This document shows, one piece after another, positions 40,638-51,418 of a DNA stretch of 64,000 nt. Location: the NCBI GenBank assembly GCA_043803385.1, contig JAZDKA010000009.1:3092-67091 (forward strand). The letters run 5' to 3'. Position 1 is the first letter of the stretch; each line of letters begins with the position of its first letter. The notes under the pieces are model-generated. The model was given only the letters and a program-made list of their open reading frames with translations, had not been told where the DNA came from and ran no database searches. This stretch comes from Patescibacteria group bacterium (lineage in GTDB: Bacteria; Patescibacteriota; Minisyncoccia; Moranbacterales; JAKLHP01). The position numbers and the translations under genes were made by a program.

Positions 40638-41951
40638 TTATATTCCGTTAGTCTTCTTGTATTTTTTCCACTCGTTGTCTGACCATCCTTTCGGCTTTGA
40701 AGTTATTTTTTCTTCTCCCGGATGCGGATATTTACTGGGAGAATCATAGTTGCTGTTAAAAACGTCATTGATTATAAGATTGCCGTCTTTGTCTGTGACT
40801 TTCTGGGTAAAAGTGGCTTTCATCGACCCATCAGGATTTCTTTCAATAACTTTCGGTCCGATTATTTCAACTTTTCTGCCGTCATCAGTTCCAAAAAACT
40901 GGAAAGTGAGTATAGTACCCTCTATTTTTGTTTGGATCAAAATATTATTAGGAGTATTATTGATGAAACGCAAATCCGGTCTGGGAATATATACCGTAGC
41001 GTCCATTCCCTGGGGATTGTAATAGGCTACTGGGTAAGCATGATTCCTTCTGGCGGTAATTTCCAGTCCGCTATTAATTGCCGCTCTGAATGCGGTCGTG
41101 GAAACCTGGCAAATTCCTCCTCCGAATTCCGGTTCAGTCTTATCTTTTTTTATCACTAGTTCTGGAGCATAGCCGTGTTCTTCGTCTACCGGGCCTAATG
41201 TTTCGACAAAAGAAAATTCTTCTCCCAGCTTTATTAAAACTCCGTTGAATTTTTTGATAGCCACATTGATATTAAAGATCCTGTTTTTTGGAGAACCCCT
41301 GAAGTTAGATTTTCCTTCTCCGATAATCGTGTTGATTCCCAGATTGTTGACATCCGATGTCTTTACTTTCGGATCAGTAGTTTCATACGGAAGCGATATT
41401 TCTTTGGTTTCTTTAAAATCCCCGCTGCTTATTAAATTTTCTGATAGGACGACGATGCTTTCTTCAGGCTTAATCATTAAGCCTTCTTGTTCCGGAGTAA
41501 AGGAAACAGTCCCATCGCCTTCCAATTTGAATTTTGCATCCACTGGATCCCTATCGAATTTTTCCGAAATTGAATTGACAAAGATTTCAATTTTCTGTTT
41601 GTCCGGAAAAAATTTAGTTTCTTTTCTCAAAAACAGCATCCTGTTTATGCTTGAAAGTAACTTGCAGGCAGGCTTGCTGGTAGGGCAGTAATTTATATTT
41701 TCTATCTCTGATCTTTTTGCGGAATTAATTTTTAAAGACAATTCAGTCAAAATTAGTCCCTCGAGCTGCGCCCTGCTTATTATTTCTTTTTGATCGCCGA
41801 CTGCGACAGACAATTCGTTAAATGAAAAAGGCGATAAAGATTGGCTGGCATCGGTATTCGGTGATTGATTTTTTGTAGCTTTAACCGGCAGGCTGAAAAA
41901 CGCAAGCGTTAAGAATAAAATAAAAATATAGAAAATATTAATCTTCTTCAT
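40638..41951 (-). CDS. VanW family protein
   Basis: NRIFNI, GGGICQVSTT, RRNH.Y...Y, G.DATVY, DLRFIN. Confidence 0.92.
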   Translation of the reverse strand: MKKINIFYIFILFLTLAFFSLPVKATKNQSPNTDASQSLSPFSFNELSVAVGDQKEIISRAQLEGLILTELSLKINSAKRSEIENINYCPTSKPACKLLSSINRMLFLRKETKFFPDKQKIEIFVNSISEKFDRDPVDAKFKLEGDGTVSFTPEQEGLMIKPEESIVVLSENLISSGDFKETKEISLPYETTDPKVKTSDVNNLGINTIIGEGKSNFRGSPKNRIFNINVAIKKFNGVLIKLGEEFSFVETLGPVDEEHGYAPELVIKKDKTEPEFGGGICQVSTTAFRAAINSGLEITARRNHAYPVAYYNPQGMDATVYIPRPDLRFINNTPNNILIQTKIEGTILTFQFFGTDDGRKVEIIGPKVIERNPDGSMKATFTQKVTDKDGNLIINDVFNSNYDSPSKYPHPGEEKITSKPKGWSDNEWKKYKKTNGI

Positions 41952-42029
41952 GCTACTTGTTAAGAATAACTTAATTTTGAGCTAAAGAAAAGAGCCAGAC
42001 ATCGAAGAGTGCAGCTCTCTCAAATATTT

Positions 42030-42138
42030 AGGACTTACGCATTTGTCTCTGCCAATCCCGCTGCTCCGGCGCGATAACGGACTATTTTATAATCGCGCCT
42101 CCGAAAAGCGTATTGCCATAGCCAAACGCGTAAGCCCT
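42030..42138. mobile_element. 109-bp structured MITE-like element, copy 1
   Basis: AGGACTTACGC...GCGTAAGCCCT termini; similar copies at 43364 and 63074. Confidence 0.75.
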
Positions 42139-42159
42139 GTATTATTGTAAGTTGAAATA

Positions 42160-42696
42160 CTAAAAACCCCGTACTTGTATTTTCTTGATTTTATTTACAT
42201 CAGCTTTAGGAAGCCGTATTGTGAGAATTCCATTTTTAAGGGAAGCTTCTGCTTTTTCCGCAATTATGTCTACCGGAAGCACCACTGATCTTGAAAATGA
42301 TCCCCAATAGCATTCTTGGTAATAATAATTTTCCGATCCGACCATTTCTTCGTTTTTCCTTTCTCCCCTTATTGTTACCATATCGTTATTAATTGCGACG
42401 TCCAAATCTTCAGGCTTCACTCCAGCAATAGTTGATTTTATAACGATGTCATTGTCAGTCTGGTATACGTCAATGGTAAGCTGCCCCTCAATGTCACTGC
42501 TTGCTCCCCATGATCCGGACTGGACATTTTGGGAGCCCATTGGAGACATTTCCGGCCGGGTCATCATATTCGGACGCTGGCTCATCATTAACTCGGTCTC
42601 TTCTTCTGAGTAAACAGGCATAGAATTGGCATTTCCTTCATCGACTTTTTTTGTTCCGGTAAGAATTTCCAAAAAGGATTTTTTTACTTTTGTCAT
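42160..42696 (-). CDS. Hsp20/alpha-crystallin family protein
   Basis: IDVYQT, AGVKPEDLDV, WGSFSRSVVLP, LKNGILTIRLPK. Confidence 0.95.
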   Translation of the reverse strand: MTKVKKSFLEILTGTKKVDEGNANSMPVYSEEETELMMSQRPNMMTRPEMSPMGSQNVQSGSWGASSDIEGQLTIDVYQTDNDIVIKSTIAGVKPEDLDVAINNDMVTIRGERKNEEMVGSENYYYQECYWGSFSRSVVLPVDIIAEKAEASLKNGILTIRLPKADVNKIKKIQVRGF

Positions 42697-42765
42697 ATGG
42701 TTGGCTGTGGTTATTTGTTAGCTTATTTTAGTATAAGATAAGGTTTCCCAAAATGCAAGAATATT

Positions 42766-43356
42766 TCAAATTTTGTCTTTGGCGGCAGAATTTCTCGACA
42801 CAATCAAGAGGATAGCAGCCACAGTCAGCGCGATAACCATTATGGAAATATTGGCTGATTTCTGGCTTGAAATTTCTGAAATCCTGGAAATATTATAGGC
42901 GGAGTGTACTAAAAAAGCAGGAACAAGCCCGAAGAAAAATTTGAAGATGGCGTTATTTTTTTGTTTCCCGATCGAATAGGCAATTATTGCAGATGTCGAA
43001 GCATGAATTATCACTATTCCGGCAGTTCCCAAGAAGTCCGGGGAAATTCCTTTGGTAAAATTCCAATAGGCGAAGAAAAGCTCCAGCACGGAAAATCCCA
43101 AACCAAAAAACAAAGAATTAGAAACAATAGTTCTCTCTTCAGAGATTCTTTTTATCGGATTGGAAATAAAAGCATACTTGCTAAGCTCCTCGATTAAAAT
43201 TACAACAAAAAATAGATAATTCAGTGAATTCAATACTCCGTAAACGGATTCCGTGCTGATGGCTGATGGAGCAAATAAAATCAGCGCTATAATTTCCAGC
43301 ATCAAAGCGCCAATTGCTCCGAATATTCCGAGTAAAAATGACTGGATAAACTTCAT
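42766..43356 (-). CDS. PrsW-like intramembrane metalloprotease
   Basis: IEELSK, GLGFSVLE, H...H motifs, multi-TM. Confidence 0.8.
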   Translation of the reverse strand: MKFIQSFLLGIFGAIGALMLEIIALILFAPSAISTESVYGVLNSLNYLFFVVILIEELSKYAFISNPIKRISEERTIVSNSLFFGLGFSVLELFFAYWNFTKGISPDFLGTAGIVIIHASTSAIIAYSIGKQKNNAIFKFFFGLVPAFLVHSAYNISRISEISSQKSANISIMVIALTVAAILLIVSRNSAAKDKI

Positions 43357-43363
43357 TTATTTC

Positions 43364-43471
43364 AGAACTTACGCATTTGCCTCTGCCAAGGCCGTAGCTC
43401 TGGCGCAATGCCGGACAATTCTATAATTGCGCCTCCGAAAACGGCTTGCCATAGTCAAATGCGTAAGTCCT
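43364..43471. mobile_element. Structured MITE-like element, copy 2 (diverged)
   Basis: AGAACTTACGCATTTG...CAAATGCGTAAGTCCT. Confidence 0.75.
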
Positions 43472-43475
43472 ATAG

Positions 43476-45884
43476 TTATTTTTCTATTTCTATTGCCAGC
43501 TTTTTTGAATCAATAAGCCCTATTTCTTCGGCATGGGAAAGATTTTTGAGATCACTGGAAATTTTTTTAACGAATTCACTTTCAGTCCCGATAGCCAGTT
43601 TTTTAAATGATTCCCCGAGTTTTATGCCTTTTTCGGCCTTAATTCTTCGAATTTCAGCTATTGTTTCCAGAATTATTTTTCCATTCTCCAGATAATTTTT
43701 ACTTTCGAATTCTTTATTTTCCTTTGGCCAAGCGCTTATATGGATTGAAATTGAGTTATCGCTACTAATGAAGAATTGCTGATAAATTTCTTCGCTAACA
43801 TGGGGAAGCATCGGAGCAAAAAGTTTTATCAAAGTGCTTATAGCTGAATATAAAGTAAATTGAGCAGATAATTTTATTTTTTTATCTTCCCCGTAAAGCC
43901 TTCCTTTTATAAGCTCGATATAATTGTCAGCGAATTTTATCCAGAAAAAATGTTCCAGAAGAGTTTTGGCTTTGGCGAATTCATAATTTTCAAACTGCTC
44001 GGTTACGTTTTTGATGAGTTCTTGGAGTTCGGCTAATATCCAAGCATCCGCTTCACATAAATCTTCCGCATTAATAAAAGTTTTTCGATTATAATCTTCG
44101 AGATTCATCATCACAAATCTAGTAGCATTCCATAATTTAGTCAGAAGTTTCTGTCCGGCTCGCATATCATCTTCACTGAAGCGGAGATTCATTCCCAGCG
44201 TTGCTCCGCAGGACCAGAAGCGAAGGGCATCAGCGCTGTATCTTTCAATCATACTCTCGGCGGTTATGAAATTATTAAGCGATTTGCTCATCTTTTCTCC
44301 ATTTCTTGCCAGCCCCCAGCCGGAAATCATTACATTTTTCCAAGGAATAGAATTAGTATTGAGATGCGATTTTACCAAAGTATAAAAAAGCCAGGTTCTG
44401 ATTATTTCAAATCCCTGAACCCGGAGGCTCATGGGATAAATATTTTTTTCATCTTTTTCTTTCCAATGATTATTAATAAGCGGAGTAGTGGAAGAAGTAG
44501 CCCAGGTATCCATTACTTGCGTTTCTCCTTTAATCTTTTTGCTTTGGCATTTTGAGCAAACCGGATTTTTTGGAAGATTTTCCCGAGGATCAACCGGAAG
44601 CTCATTATCTTTAGGCAAGATTATTTCTCCGCAGTTTTCGCAGTACCAAATTGGAAAAGGAACTCCGTAAAACCTATCGCGGGAAACGCACCAATCCCAT
44701 TTGAGTCCGTCAATCCAGTTGTCCAGCTGGACTTTCATAAATTTCGGATACCAATTCAATTCTTCTCCCCGTTTTTTGAACGCGTCCTTTATGTCCAAGA
44801 TCTTAATAAACCATTGCGGAGAAACAAAAAAATCTATCGGATGTTTGCATCGTTCATGAATATTCAATGTGTGGATAATTTCCATTTTATTTTTCAGAAG
44901 TCCTGATTCCTCCAAATCTTTAATTATCTCTTCGCGGGCATTGCTAAGTTTCATACCTTGGTATTTTCCTCCTTTTTCATTTACTCTTCCGCTTTTATCT
45001 ATAATTAGCTTAGTTTCCAGCTTATCTGCCTTCCATTTTTCAATGTCTTCCGTGTCTCCCCAGGTGCAAACCATCATAAGTCCGGTACCCTTGTCCATTT
45101 CAACGTCTTTGCTGGTTTTAACCGGTATTTTTGCTTCCATTAAAGGAGAAATGGCATATCCTCTGGCATATTTTTTGTATCGAGAATCATCGGGATTGAC
45201 ATATAAAGCCACGCAAGCAGGAATTAATTCTGGCCTGGTTGTGGAAATTATGGCCGGATCTCCATTTTCAAACTTGAATTCAATATCATACATCAATGAT
45301 TTTTCTTCTTTATCTTCAAGATCTGCCTGGGCCAGCGATGTCTGGCACTGGGTGCACCAAAAAGTAGGAGATTCTTCGCGATAAACTCTTCCCTTTTTAT
45401 ACAAATCAATAAAAGATCGCTGGGATATTTTTTGGGAAAGCGGGCTGATGGTGGAATAAAGAAGAGACCAGTCAACGCTTAAGCCCAAGCTCTTCCAAAT
45501 TTCTTCATATTTTTTCCCGCCTTCTTTTGTTTCCTTAAGGCAAAGCTCGACGAATTCTTTCTGGGTAATTTTTGATTTGTCCACTTTGTATTTCTTTTCG
45601 ACAAATCTTTCGGTCGGAAGCCCATTGTCATCAAAACCCATCGGATAGAAAACATTCTCGCCTTTCATCCGGTGGTAGCGGATAATAATTTCCGCCTGGG
45701 CATAGCTCATAGCGTGTCCAGTATGGAGCGAATCGGAGCTGATATACGGCGGGGGAGTATCGACGGAAAAAACAGGTTTTTTTGAATTCTCATCAAATTT
45801 ATAAATTCCTTCTTTTTCCCAGAAATCCTGCCATTTTTTTTCGGATTTTTTCGGATCGTAATTTTTTGGAAGTTCTTTATTCAT
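43476..45884 (-). CDS. valS: Valine--tRNA ligase
   Basis: DTPPPY.S..LHTGH, GFDDNGLPTE, TTRPEL, DWCVSR, KMSKS. Confidence 0.95.
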   Translation of the reverse strand: MNKELPKNYDPKKSEKKWQDFWEKEGIYKFDENSKKPVFSVDTPPPYISSDSLHTGHAMSYAQAEIIIRYHRMKGENVFYPMGFDDNGLPTERFVEKKYKVDKSKITQKEFVELCLKETKEGGKKYEEIWKSLGLSVDWSLLYSTISPLSQKISQRSFIDLYKKGRVYREESPTFWCTQCQTSLAQADLEDKEEKSLMYDIEFKFENGDPAIISTTRPELIPACVALYVNPDDSRYKKYARGYAISPLMEAKIPVKTSKDVEMDKGTGLMMVCTWGDTEDIEKWKADKLETKLIIDKSGRVNEKGGKYQGMKLSNAREEIIKDLEESGLLKNKMEIIHTLNIHERCKHPIDFFVSPQWFIKILDIKDAFKKRGEELNWYPKFMKVQLDNWIDGLKWDWCVSRDRFYGVPFPIWYCENCGEIILPKDNELPVDPRENLPKNPVCSKCQSKKIKGETQVMDTWATSSTTPLINNHWKEKDEKNIYPMSLRVQGFEIIRTWLFYTLVKSHLNTNSIPWKNVMISGWGLARNGEKMSKSLNNFITAESMIERYSADALRFWSCGATLGMNLRFSEDDMRAGQKLLTKLWNATRFVMMNLEDYNRKTFINAEDLCEADAWILAELQELIKNVTEQFENYEFAKAKTLLEHFFWIKFADNYIELIKGRLYGEDKKIKLSAQFTLYSAISTLIKLFAPMLPHVSEEIYQQFFISSDNSISIHISAWPKENKEFESKNYLENGKIILETIAEIRRIKAEKGIKLGESFKKLAIGTESEFVKKISSDLKNLSHAEEIGLIDSKKLAIEIEK

Positions 45885-46052
45885 ATGGGTTAATGTTAAC
45901 AAGGAATGAAGTATTTTTCAAGGATTATCGTATCGATTTTACAAAAAAATAACAATGGTGGTATGATTGATATACAAGAATAGTAAAATTCATTGGGTTT
46001 TTCTGTAGTATTGCATATGCAAAATAAGCTATCTAGAGGGAGGTGATACAAT

Positions 46053-46286
46053 ATGAAAAACCTAAATGCTTTGGACTGGATTGCGATCATAGTCCTTATT
46101 GTTGGAGGCCTCAATTGGGGACTAGTTGGAGTTTTTAATCTTGATTTGATTAAGGCTATTTTCGGGGATATGTCTGCTTTGTCGAGAGTTATTTATTTAA
46201 TCGTAGGAACTTCAGCTGTTTATGTTTTGGCCATATCTTTCCAATTAGTTAAAATCAAAGGAGAACCGGTAAGCCAGCAAGATTAA
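46053..46286 (+). CDS. DUF378 membrane protein
   Basis: LIVGGLNWGLVG..DL..AIFG. Confidence 0.9.
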   Translation: MKNLNALDWIAIIVLIVGGLNWGLVGVFNLDLIKAIFGDMSALSRVIYLIVGTSAVYVLAISFQLVKIKGEPVSQQD

Positions 46287-46330
46287 ATTCGGCCAGGGTT
46301 TTTCATATAGGCAAGGATTCTTTGGGCTTG

Positions 46331-46397
46331 CCCCGCACTAATTTTGTGCTGGCTGAAGCCAAATAGTGCTTCGCACTTGCACAAAGTTAGTGCGGGG
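46331..46397. repeat. CCCCGCAC family palindrome with two inner hairpins
   Basis: CCCCGCACTAA...TTAGTGCGGGG. Confidence 0.8.
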
Positions 46398-46464
46398 TTG
46401 ACAACAATTTAAAAATACTCAAAAACACTGGCTTTTTTACAAGGGTGTGCTATAATAGATCTAA

Positions 46465-46574
46465 TTCATCCCCACACCAAATTTTTAAAGTTTCTAATAA
46501 TTGTTGGTCTCGCAGTATAATCATCTGCTTTTTATTAAATACTGTAGAGAAAAATAGAATTTTGGTGTGGGGAT
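46465..46574. repeat. TTCATCCCC-CACC family element upstream of HU gene
   Basis: ATCCCCACACCAAA / TTTGGTGTGGGGAT 14-bp perfect IR. Confidence 0.85.
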
Positions 46575-46606
46575 AAAGGGGAATTAATTAATTAATATAA
46601 AAAACT

Positions 46607-46888
46607 ATGGCGAAGATGACCAAGTCACAGTTACTAGCAGCACTGGCCGAAAAGACCGGTATTGCCAAGAAAGATGTGACAACTCTAATGGAGGAACTCG
46701 TAAACATGGCTTACTATGAAGTCAAAAAGAGTGGGCTGTTTATTCTTCCAGGATTCGGAAAGATGGTTAAAATGAACAGAAAGGCTCGAGCTGGAATAAA
46801 CCCAGCCACTCAAGAAAAGATTCAGATTCCTGCCAAAACCGTGGTTAAATTCCGATTGGCAAAAGCCGCAAAAGAAGCGGTATTATAG
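46607..46888 (+). CDS. hup: HU family DNA-binding protein
   Basis: LPGFGK, RKARAGINPAT.EKIQIPAK.VVKF. Confidence 0.93.
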   Translation: MAKMTKSQLLAALAEKTGIAKKDVTTLMEELVNMAYYEVKKSGLFILPGFGKMVKMNRKARAGINPATQEKIQIPAKTVVKFRLAKAAKEAVL

Positions 46889-47035
46889 TTTTCGAAAAAA
46901 CTAGTTCTTTATACTAGCTCCGGTTAACCCCGGGGTTAGTTTTTTTATATTACATTTCATTTTCTTGAAATAGGCTAGTAAGAGTAGTATTATTGAGATA
47001 GGGAATAATTAAGCAAAATTAAAAACAACAGTTAA

Positions 47036-47668
47036 ATGTTTGGAATAGAAAAAAAGGAATTGAAAATTTTAAAAAAACTGAAAACTCCGAGAAAAATCCA
47101 GGACTTCATAAACAAAATCAGGATTAATTTTGAGGAGGACGGAGACACCAACTTGTCCCCAATGTCGGTTTTGGAAAAAAATACCTGCCATTGTTTGGAA
47201 GGAGCGGTTTTGGCGGCGCTGGCGCTCCGGGTAAATGGCTATCCAGCGCTCCTTATTGACCTCAAGGCGAACGATTACGACCATGACCATGTGGTAGCTG
47301 TTTTCAAGAAGCATAGCAAGTGGGGAGCAATATCAAAGACCAATCACGCAACTTTGCGCTACCGGGATCCGATTTACAATTCCATCCGGGAACTAGCAAT
47401 GAGTTATTTCCATGAGTATTACGACGAATACGGGGACAAAAATATGAGAAGCTATTCGGTTCCGGTAAATCTTAAGATATTCGATAAAAAAGGATGGATG
47501 GCAACCAAGGAAGAAGTCGGCTATATCTCGAAATATCTCGACAAAGTGAAACATTTCCCAATCCTGGGCAGGAAGCAAATTGCAAATTTGCGCAAAGCCG
47601 ACAAGATCCAGCTCAAAACGGATAAAATCGTAGAATGGAAATCGAAAAAGGGGCAGTGGTATTTATAA
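47036..47668 (+). CDS. Conserved hypothetical protein (possible transglutaminase-like triad)
   Basis: HCLEGA, DHVVA, WGAISKTNH motifs. Confidence 0.7.
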   Translation: MFGIEKKELKILKKLKTPRKIQDFINKIRINFEEDGDTNLSPMSVLEKNTCHCLEGAVLAALALRVNGYPALLIDLKANDYDHDHVVAVFKKHSKWGAISKTNHATLRYRDPIYNSIRELAMSYFHEYYDEYGDKNMRSYSVPVNLKIFDKKGWMATKEEVGYISKYLDKVKHFPILGRKQIANLRKADKIQLKTDKIVEWKSKKGQWYL

Positions 47669-47801
47669 TTAACTGTGCCATTATATTTTGAAATAATATA
47701 AATTTTAAAAACATCCAAATTCCCGGGTGTTTTTTGTTTGACAAAACTGGCTAGTGGATGTATTCTAAGCTGTTGTTTAAAAAACGAGAGGAGGGTTTGA
47801 A

Positions 47802-48542
47802 ATGGAAGAATATAACATTGGCCCTAAAGAGTCTAGGGCGACAGTTTCATCGACGGGAGGAATCGCGACGCGTTTTGCCGTCGAGGGGAGAAATGTTTTT
47901 TATCCTTGGCGAATGATTGGAAACAAGTCGCGCGGCGGTTGTCCGATATGCGCTCCTTGGTTCGGTTCCTCTCCGCGAGGACTGAAAAAGCACGGATTTT
48001 TAAGGGATATGGAGTCGGAAGCTGGATCTATAGGCAGAAATGAAGTAAAATTTTCTTTTCGCCACGGGCAAATGCAGGGTTATCCCTGGAGCATGAGGTA
48101 CGAAACCGGAGCAAAAGTCAGCGAGGACGGCGTACTGACGATGTCTCTTGGTATTAGGCGCCTTGACGACGGGATTGACGGAAAGGCCTCCGTTCTTCCC
48201 GGATTCCATCCGTACCTTGAAGGAGATTCCTCGGAAGCGGAAGTTTATGTGGGAAGCAAAGAGTTCAAAGGCTTTGCGGAAGAATCAAGAATGATCCCGC
48301 TTACGAACCGGTTGATAACGATTGTTATCCCGGGCCCAAGCGAAAGGATCATTAAAATGGAGCTAGGCGGAGATTTCTTCCGATACGGTCAGCCCCAGAT
48401 GGTTTTCTGGAGCGATTCTCCCAGAGAATACTTCTGCGTCGAGCCGATCCTGTATGCAAAGGATCTCTTCGACACTCCGAAGGGGTATGGTCTTGAAAAG
48501 AACCAGGAAATGAATCTCTCGGTGTCGTTCAAGGTCATATGA
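47802..48542 (+). CDS. Aldose 1-epimerase/galactose mutarotase-like protein
   Basis: RGGCPI..PWFG, HGFLR, GFHPY, FCVEP; GAGGAGG SD. Confidence 0.85.
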   Translation: MEEYNIGPKESRATVSSTGGIATRFAVEGRNVFYPWRMIGNKSRGGCPICAPWFGSSPRGLKKHGFLRDMESEAGSIGRNEVKFSFRHGQMQGYPWSMRYETGAKVSEDGVLTMSLGIRRLDDGIDGKASVLPGFHPYLEGDSSEAEVYVGSKEFKGFAEESRMIPLTNRLITIVIPGPSERIIKMELGGDFFRYGQPQMVFWSDSPREYFCVEPILYAKDLFDTPKGYGLEKNQEMNLSVSFKVI

Positions 48543-48678
48543 ACGGCGCAAAAAGAAGGTACGATTTAACCACTAATATAGCAATTCATCGCAATTGCTT
48601 GAGGTGGTTTTTTTATTTGATTTTAGACTAGTTTGAGAATAGAATTGAAAGGTAAGCAATAATTAAACAAGTAAATCT

Positions 48679-49218
48679 ATGAAAAATCCATTAGAATCGC
48701 CAATAGAAAGAAATGAAAATCCTCAATTAATTCAGATGAAAGAATTAGTTGATTTTTCCAAGAAAAATAATATTAGTAGTGAAGAGTTGAATGCTGCTTA
48801 TGAAATGGCGCTTGATTCCTTGACAGAAGAAGCGGATATTGAAAATCCTGTCCGTAAAGAAGTAGTTGCTTTAGCAAAAAAGATGGATGATTTTATGCGA
48901 AATGGGCTTCCAGCGAATAGGATTGCGGAGCTAATTGGCACAAAAAGAACCTATGAGTTATCTGAAGAAACTTACTATGCAATGGTTGATAATATGCAAA
49001 TTAACGAAAAGGGAAAAAAGGTGTTGAGATCTATTGTTGATAAAAAGAGAGCAGGAACGCTAACAATTATAGATCCGCAAACTCTGGAAGAACTCAATGA
49101 AGTTGTTGTTTCCAAGGATATCACTAGCAGTTATTCCCAGAATGACATAGCAGCGATTCTTTTAATACATCTGGCAAAGTTTAGAGATAAGAAAATTGAA
49201 ATAGTTTTTTCCGAGTAG
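48679..49218 (+). CDS. Hypothetical protein
   Basis: 179-aa ORF, no recognisable motif. Confidence 0.65.
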   Translation: MKNPLESPIERNENPQLIQMKELVDFSKKNNISSEELNAAYEMALDSLTEEADIENPVRKEVVALAKKMDDFMRNGLPANRIAELIGTKRTYELSEETYYAMVDNMQINEKGKKVLRSIVDKKRAGTLTIIDPQTLEELNEVVVSKDITSSYSQNDIAAILLIHLAKFRDKKIEIVFSE

Positions 49219-49226
49219 GGGCGGAG

Positions 49227-49279
49227 GTTATCCACAGGCGAAGGGTTGCAATAGTGTTGATAAGTGATATAATATCACT
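49227..49279 (+). promoter_or_regulatory. DnaA box + promoter with palindromic operator (copy 3)
   Basis: TTATCCACA 49228; TTGCAA 49246; AGTGATA-TAA-TATCACT 49263-79. Confidence 0.8.
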
Positions 49280-49300
49280 GTAAGTCATAATAAAACAAAA

Positions 49301-50467
49301 ATGAACGCGATATTAAAGAAAAAACAATTAGGGCAATTTTTCACCAAAAATGCAGAATATATTCTGAAAAATTTAGGTAAATATATAAAAGGGAAAAATG
49401 CCGTTGATCCTTTCGCTGGTAACGGGGATTTAATAGAATGGGCGAAAGAAAATGATGCGAAAACCATTAAAGGTTTCGATATTGATTCCAGATACATTGA
49501 TAACAAAAAAGTTTTCAAGAATGACAGTATAAAAAATGTCAAAAAATATAACTTTGTGATAACTAATCCTCCTTATTTGAATGTGAATAAGGCGAATAAG
49601 GAAATCAAAAAAGAGTATTTTGGAAGCAATGACTTTGAAGATTTATATCATATTTCCTTGAATTCGATAATGAATAGTGAGGAGGGGATAGCTATTGTTC
49701 CAATTAATTTCCTATCAGCTCAAAATTCAAAAAAAATCAGAAATATATTCTTTTCCAAATTTAGAATAGTCGAGATGAATTATTTCAAACATCAAGTTTT
49801 TCCAGATACTACTTATAATGTGATAGCTTTTTATTATCGGAAAAAAGACAATGCTTTCGACAATGGTTTTACAATCAAAACTCACATTTATCCAGAAGGA
49901 AAAAAGATTGACATAGAATTATGTAAAAATCATGATTGGTCAATTGGCGGGAAAATTTTTAAATTAATAAAAAATCAAAAGAATTTTTTGGGCGTGAAAA
50001 GACTTACAGAAAAAGATATAGCAAGTAAAAAGGGAAATATTAAAATCAAAGCAGCTTATAATCATGTTAAATGCAAAAAGGAATTCGCTGTTTCGAAAGA
50101 TATTTATGATGCTATAAAATCTAATATCATATTGTTAAAAGCGATAGATAGCGGTTCAGAAAAAGGAAAAATTGCCCTAGAAAATATTCGGGAATACGGA
50201 GTCGATTGTTTGGTGAGTAAAGAAACATCGAGGCATATGATTTATTTAGTGCTGGAAAATAAAATTTCTATTTCCGATCAAAAGAATATCATCAATTCTT
50301 TTAACAAGGAGATTAATAAATTACGCGAAGATTATCTCTCTCTTTTCCTTACTAATTATAGAGATAAAGATAGGAAAAGAATCAGTTTCGATTTCGTTTA
50401 TAAGTTTATTAATTATTTATATTTTAACAGCTTAAATTATGCTAAAAGACAATCAGTATTACTTTAA
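49301..50467 (+). CDS. N6-adenine DNA methyltransferase (gamma class)
   Basis: LGQFFT, DPFAGNG, ITNPPY in gamma order. Confidence 0.9.
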   Translation: MNAILKKKQLGQFFTKNAEYILKNLGKYIKGKNAVDPFAGNGDLIEWAKENDAKTIKGFDIDSRYIDNKKVFKNDSIKNVKKYNFVITNPPYLNVNKANKEIKKEYFGSNDFEDLYHISLNSIMNSEEGIAIVPINFLSAQNSKKIRNIFFSKFRIVEMNYFKHQVFPDTTYNVIAFYYRKKDNAFDNGFTIKTHIYPEGKKIDIELCKNHDWSIGGKIFKLIKNQKNFLGVKRLTEKDIASKKGNIKIKAAYNHVKCKKEFAVSKDIYDAIKSNIILLKAIDSGSEKGKIALENIREYGVDCLVSKETSRHMIYLVLENKISISDQKNIINSFNKEINKLREDYLSLFLTNYRDKDRKRISFDFVYKFINYLYFNSLNYAKRQSVLL

Positions 50468-51347
50468 ATATTCATTGAATCATCCTGAGCCAATTTGGGA
50501 TGAGTACTTTTATCCCTTTCTGGAGTCAATAGTAAAAAAGAAAGAATATAAAAATATTCTAGATCTTGAAGATTATATCTCAAAAATGAGTAGCAAATTG
50601 ACAAATAAAGAAATTAAGAAGCTACTGGGCTTGCTTAAATGCAAAGGATGTGAAAAATCATACTTTGCTTTCTTTTTAAGAACATGTGATTTGAGTGTTG
50701 CAGAAATTACTGATCAGAAATATTACGACTCATCAGAACGCATTAATGCTACACGAAAAGCATTAGGAATTTACAAAAAGGAAAGAGGTACACCCAAAAC
50801 TGATAAATGTTCATTGCAAGCATATAACGATGCGCAAACTGCCAAAAGACGTAGTGACGCAGGAGAAAAGAAGGTAATTAAATTATCTGGATTGTCAATG
50901 GCATCAGATTTGTCTGGCTTGGACAATAAAATAGCAAAAATTAGTAAAGGTAGCGGAAAATTTAAAATCAAAGCCATTAAAAAATTATTTGGAATAAAAT
51001 TCAAGTTTAGCAAAAAAGACAAAGTGCCAGACTGCATTTTTAAGATAAAAGATAGAGTTTTCATACTTGAGGCCAAGCATGTAAATGGGCAAGGTGGCGC
51101 ACAAAATTCATCAATTAGTGAGTTGGTATCTATATTGGAACTCAAAGAAAAAAATCCTAAAATATTTTATATTGCTTTTCTAGACGGGTGTTATACAAAA
51201 TATTTAACTGTTTCCAAGTCTAATAAAGACGGAACGATGCCTGAAAAACAACTCTATAGAATTGAAAAAACTTTAAATAAAAATGAGAGCAATTACTTTT
51301 TGAATACAGCAGGATTCGTTCAGTTCATGAAAGATTTAAAAAAATAA
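50439..51347 (+). CDS. Putative type II restriction endonuclease
   Basis: PD...EAKH..GQGGAQN PD-(D/E)xK motif; overlaps MTase. Confidence 0.7.
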   Translation: MLKDNQYYFKYSLNHPEPIWDEYFYPFLESIVKKKEYKNILDLEDYISKMSSKLTNKEIKKLLGLLKCKGCEKSYFAFFLRTCDLSVAEITDQKYYDSSERINATRKALGIYKKERGTPKTDKCSLQAYNDAQTAKRRSDAGEKKVIKLSGLSMASDLSGLDNKIAKISKGSGKFKIKAIKKLFGIKFKFSKKDKVPDCIFKIKDRVFILEAKHVNGQGGAQNSSISELVSILELKEKNPKIFYIAFLDGCYTKYLTVSKSNKDGTMPEKQLYRIEKTLNKNESNYFLNTAGFVQFMKDLKK

Positions 51348-51415
51348 TCTGAGAGCATGAAATAAAGAAAAATCCGGAAAAAGCGTTTGGGAGAATAATA
51401 AAATTTTTGAAGTAA
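51347..51415 (+). pseudogene. 3' remnant of a Vsr-like gene
   Basis: I*EHEIKKNPEKAFGRIIKFLK*. Confidence 0.65.
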
Positions 51416-51418
51416 GAC

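Noticed and set aside
51350-51352. TGA at an expected Trp as evidence of stop-codon recoding
   Set aside because: It lies in a gene remnant (the sister copy has TAG); intact genes use TGG for Trp and several end in TGA
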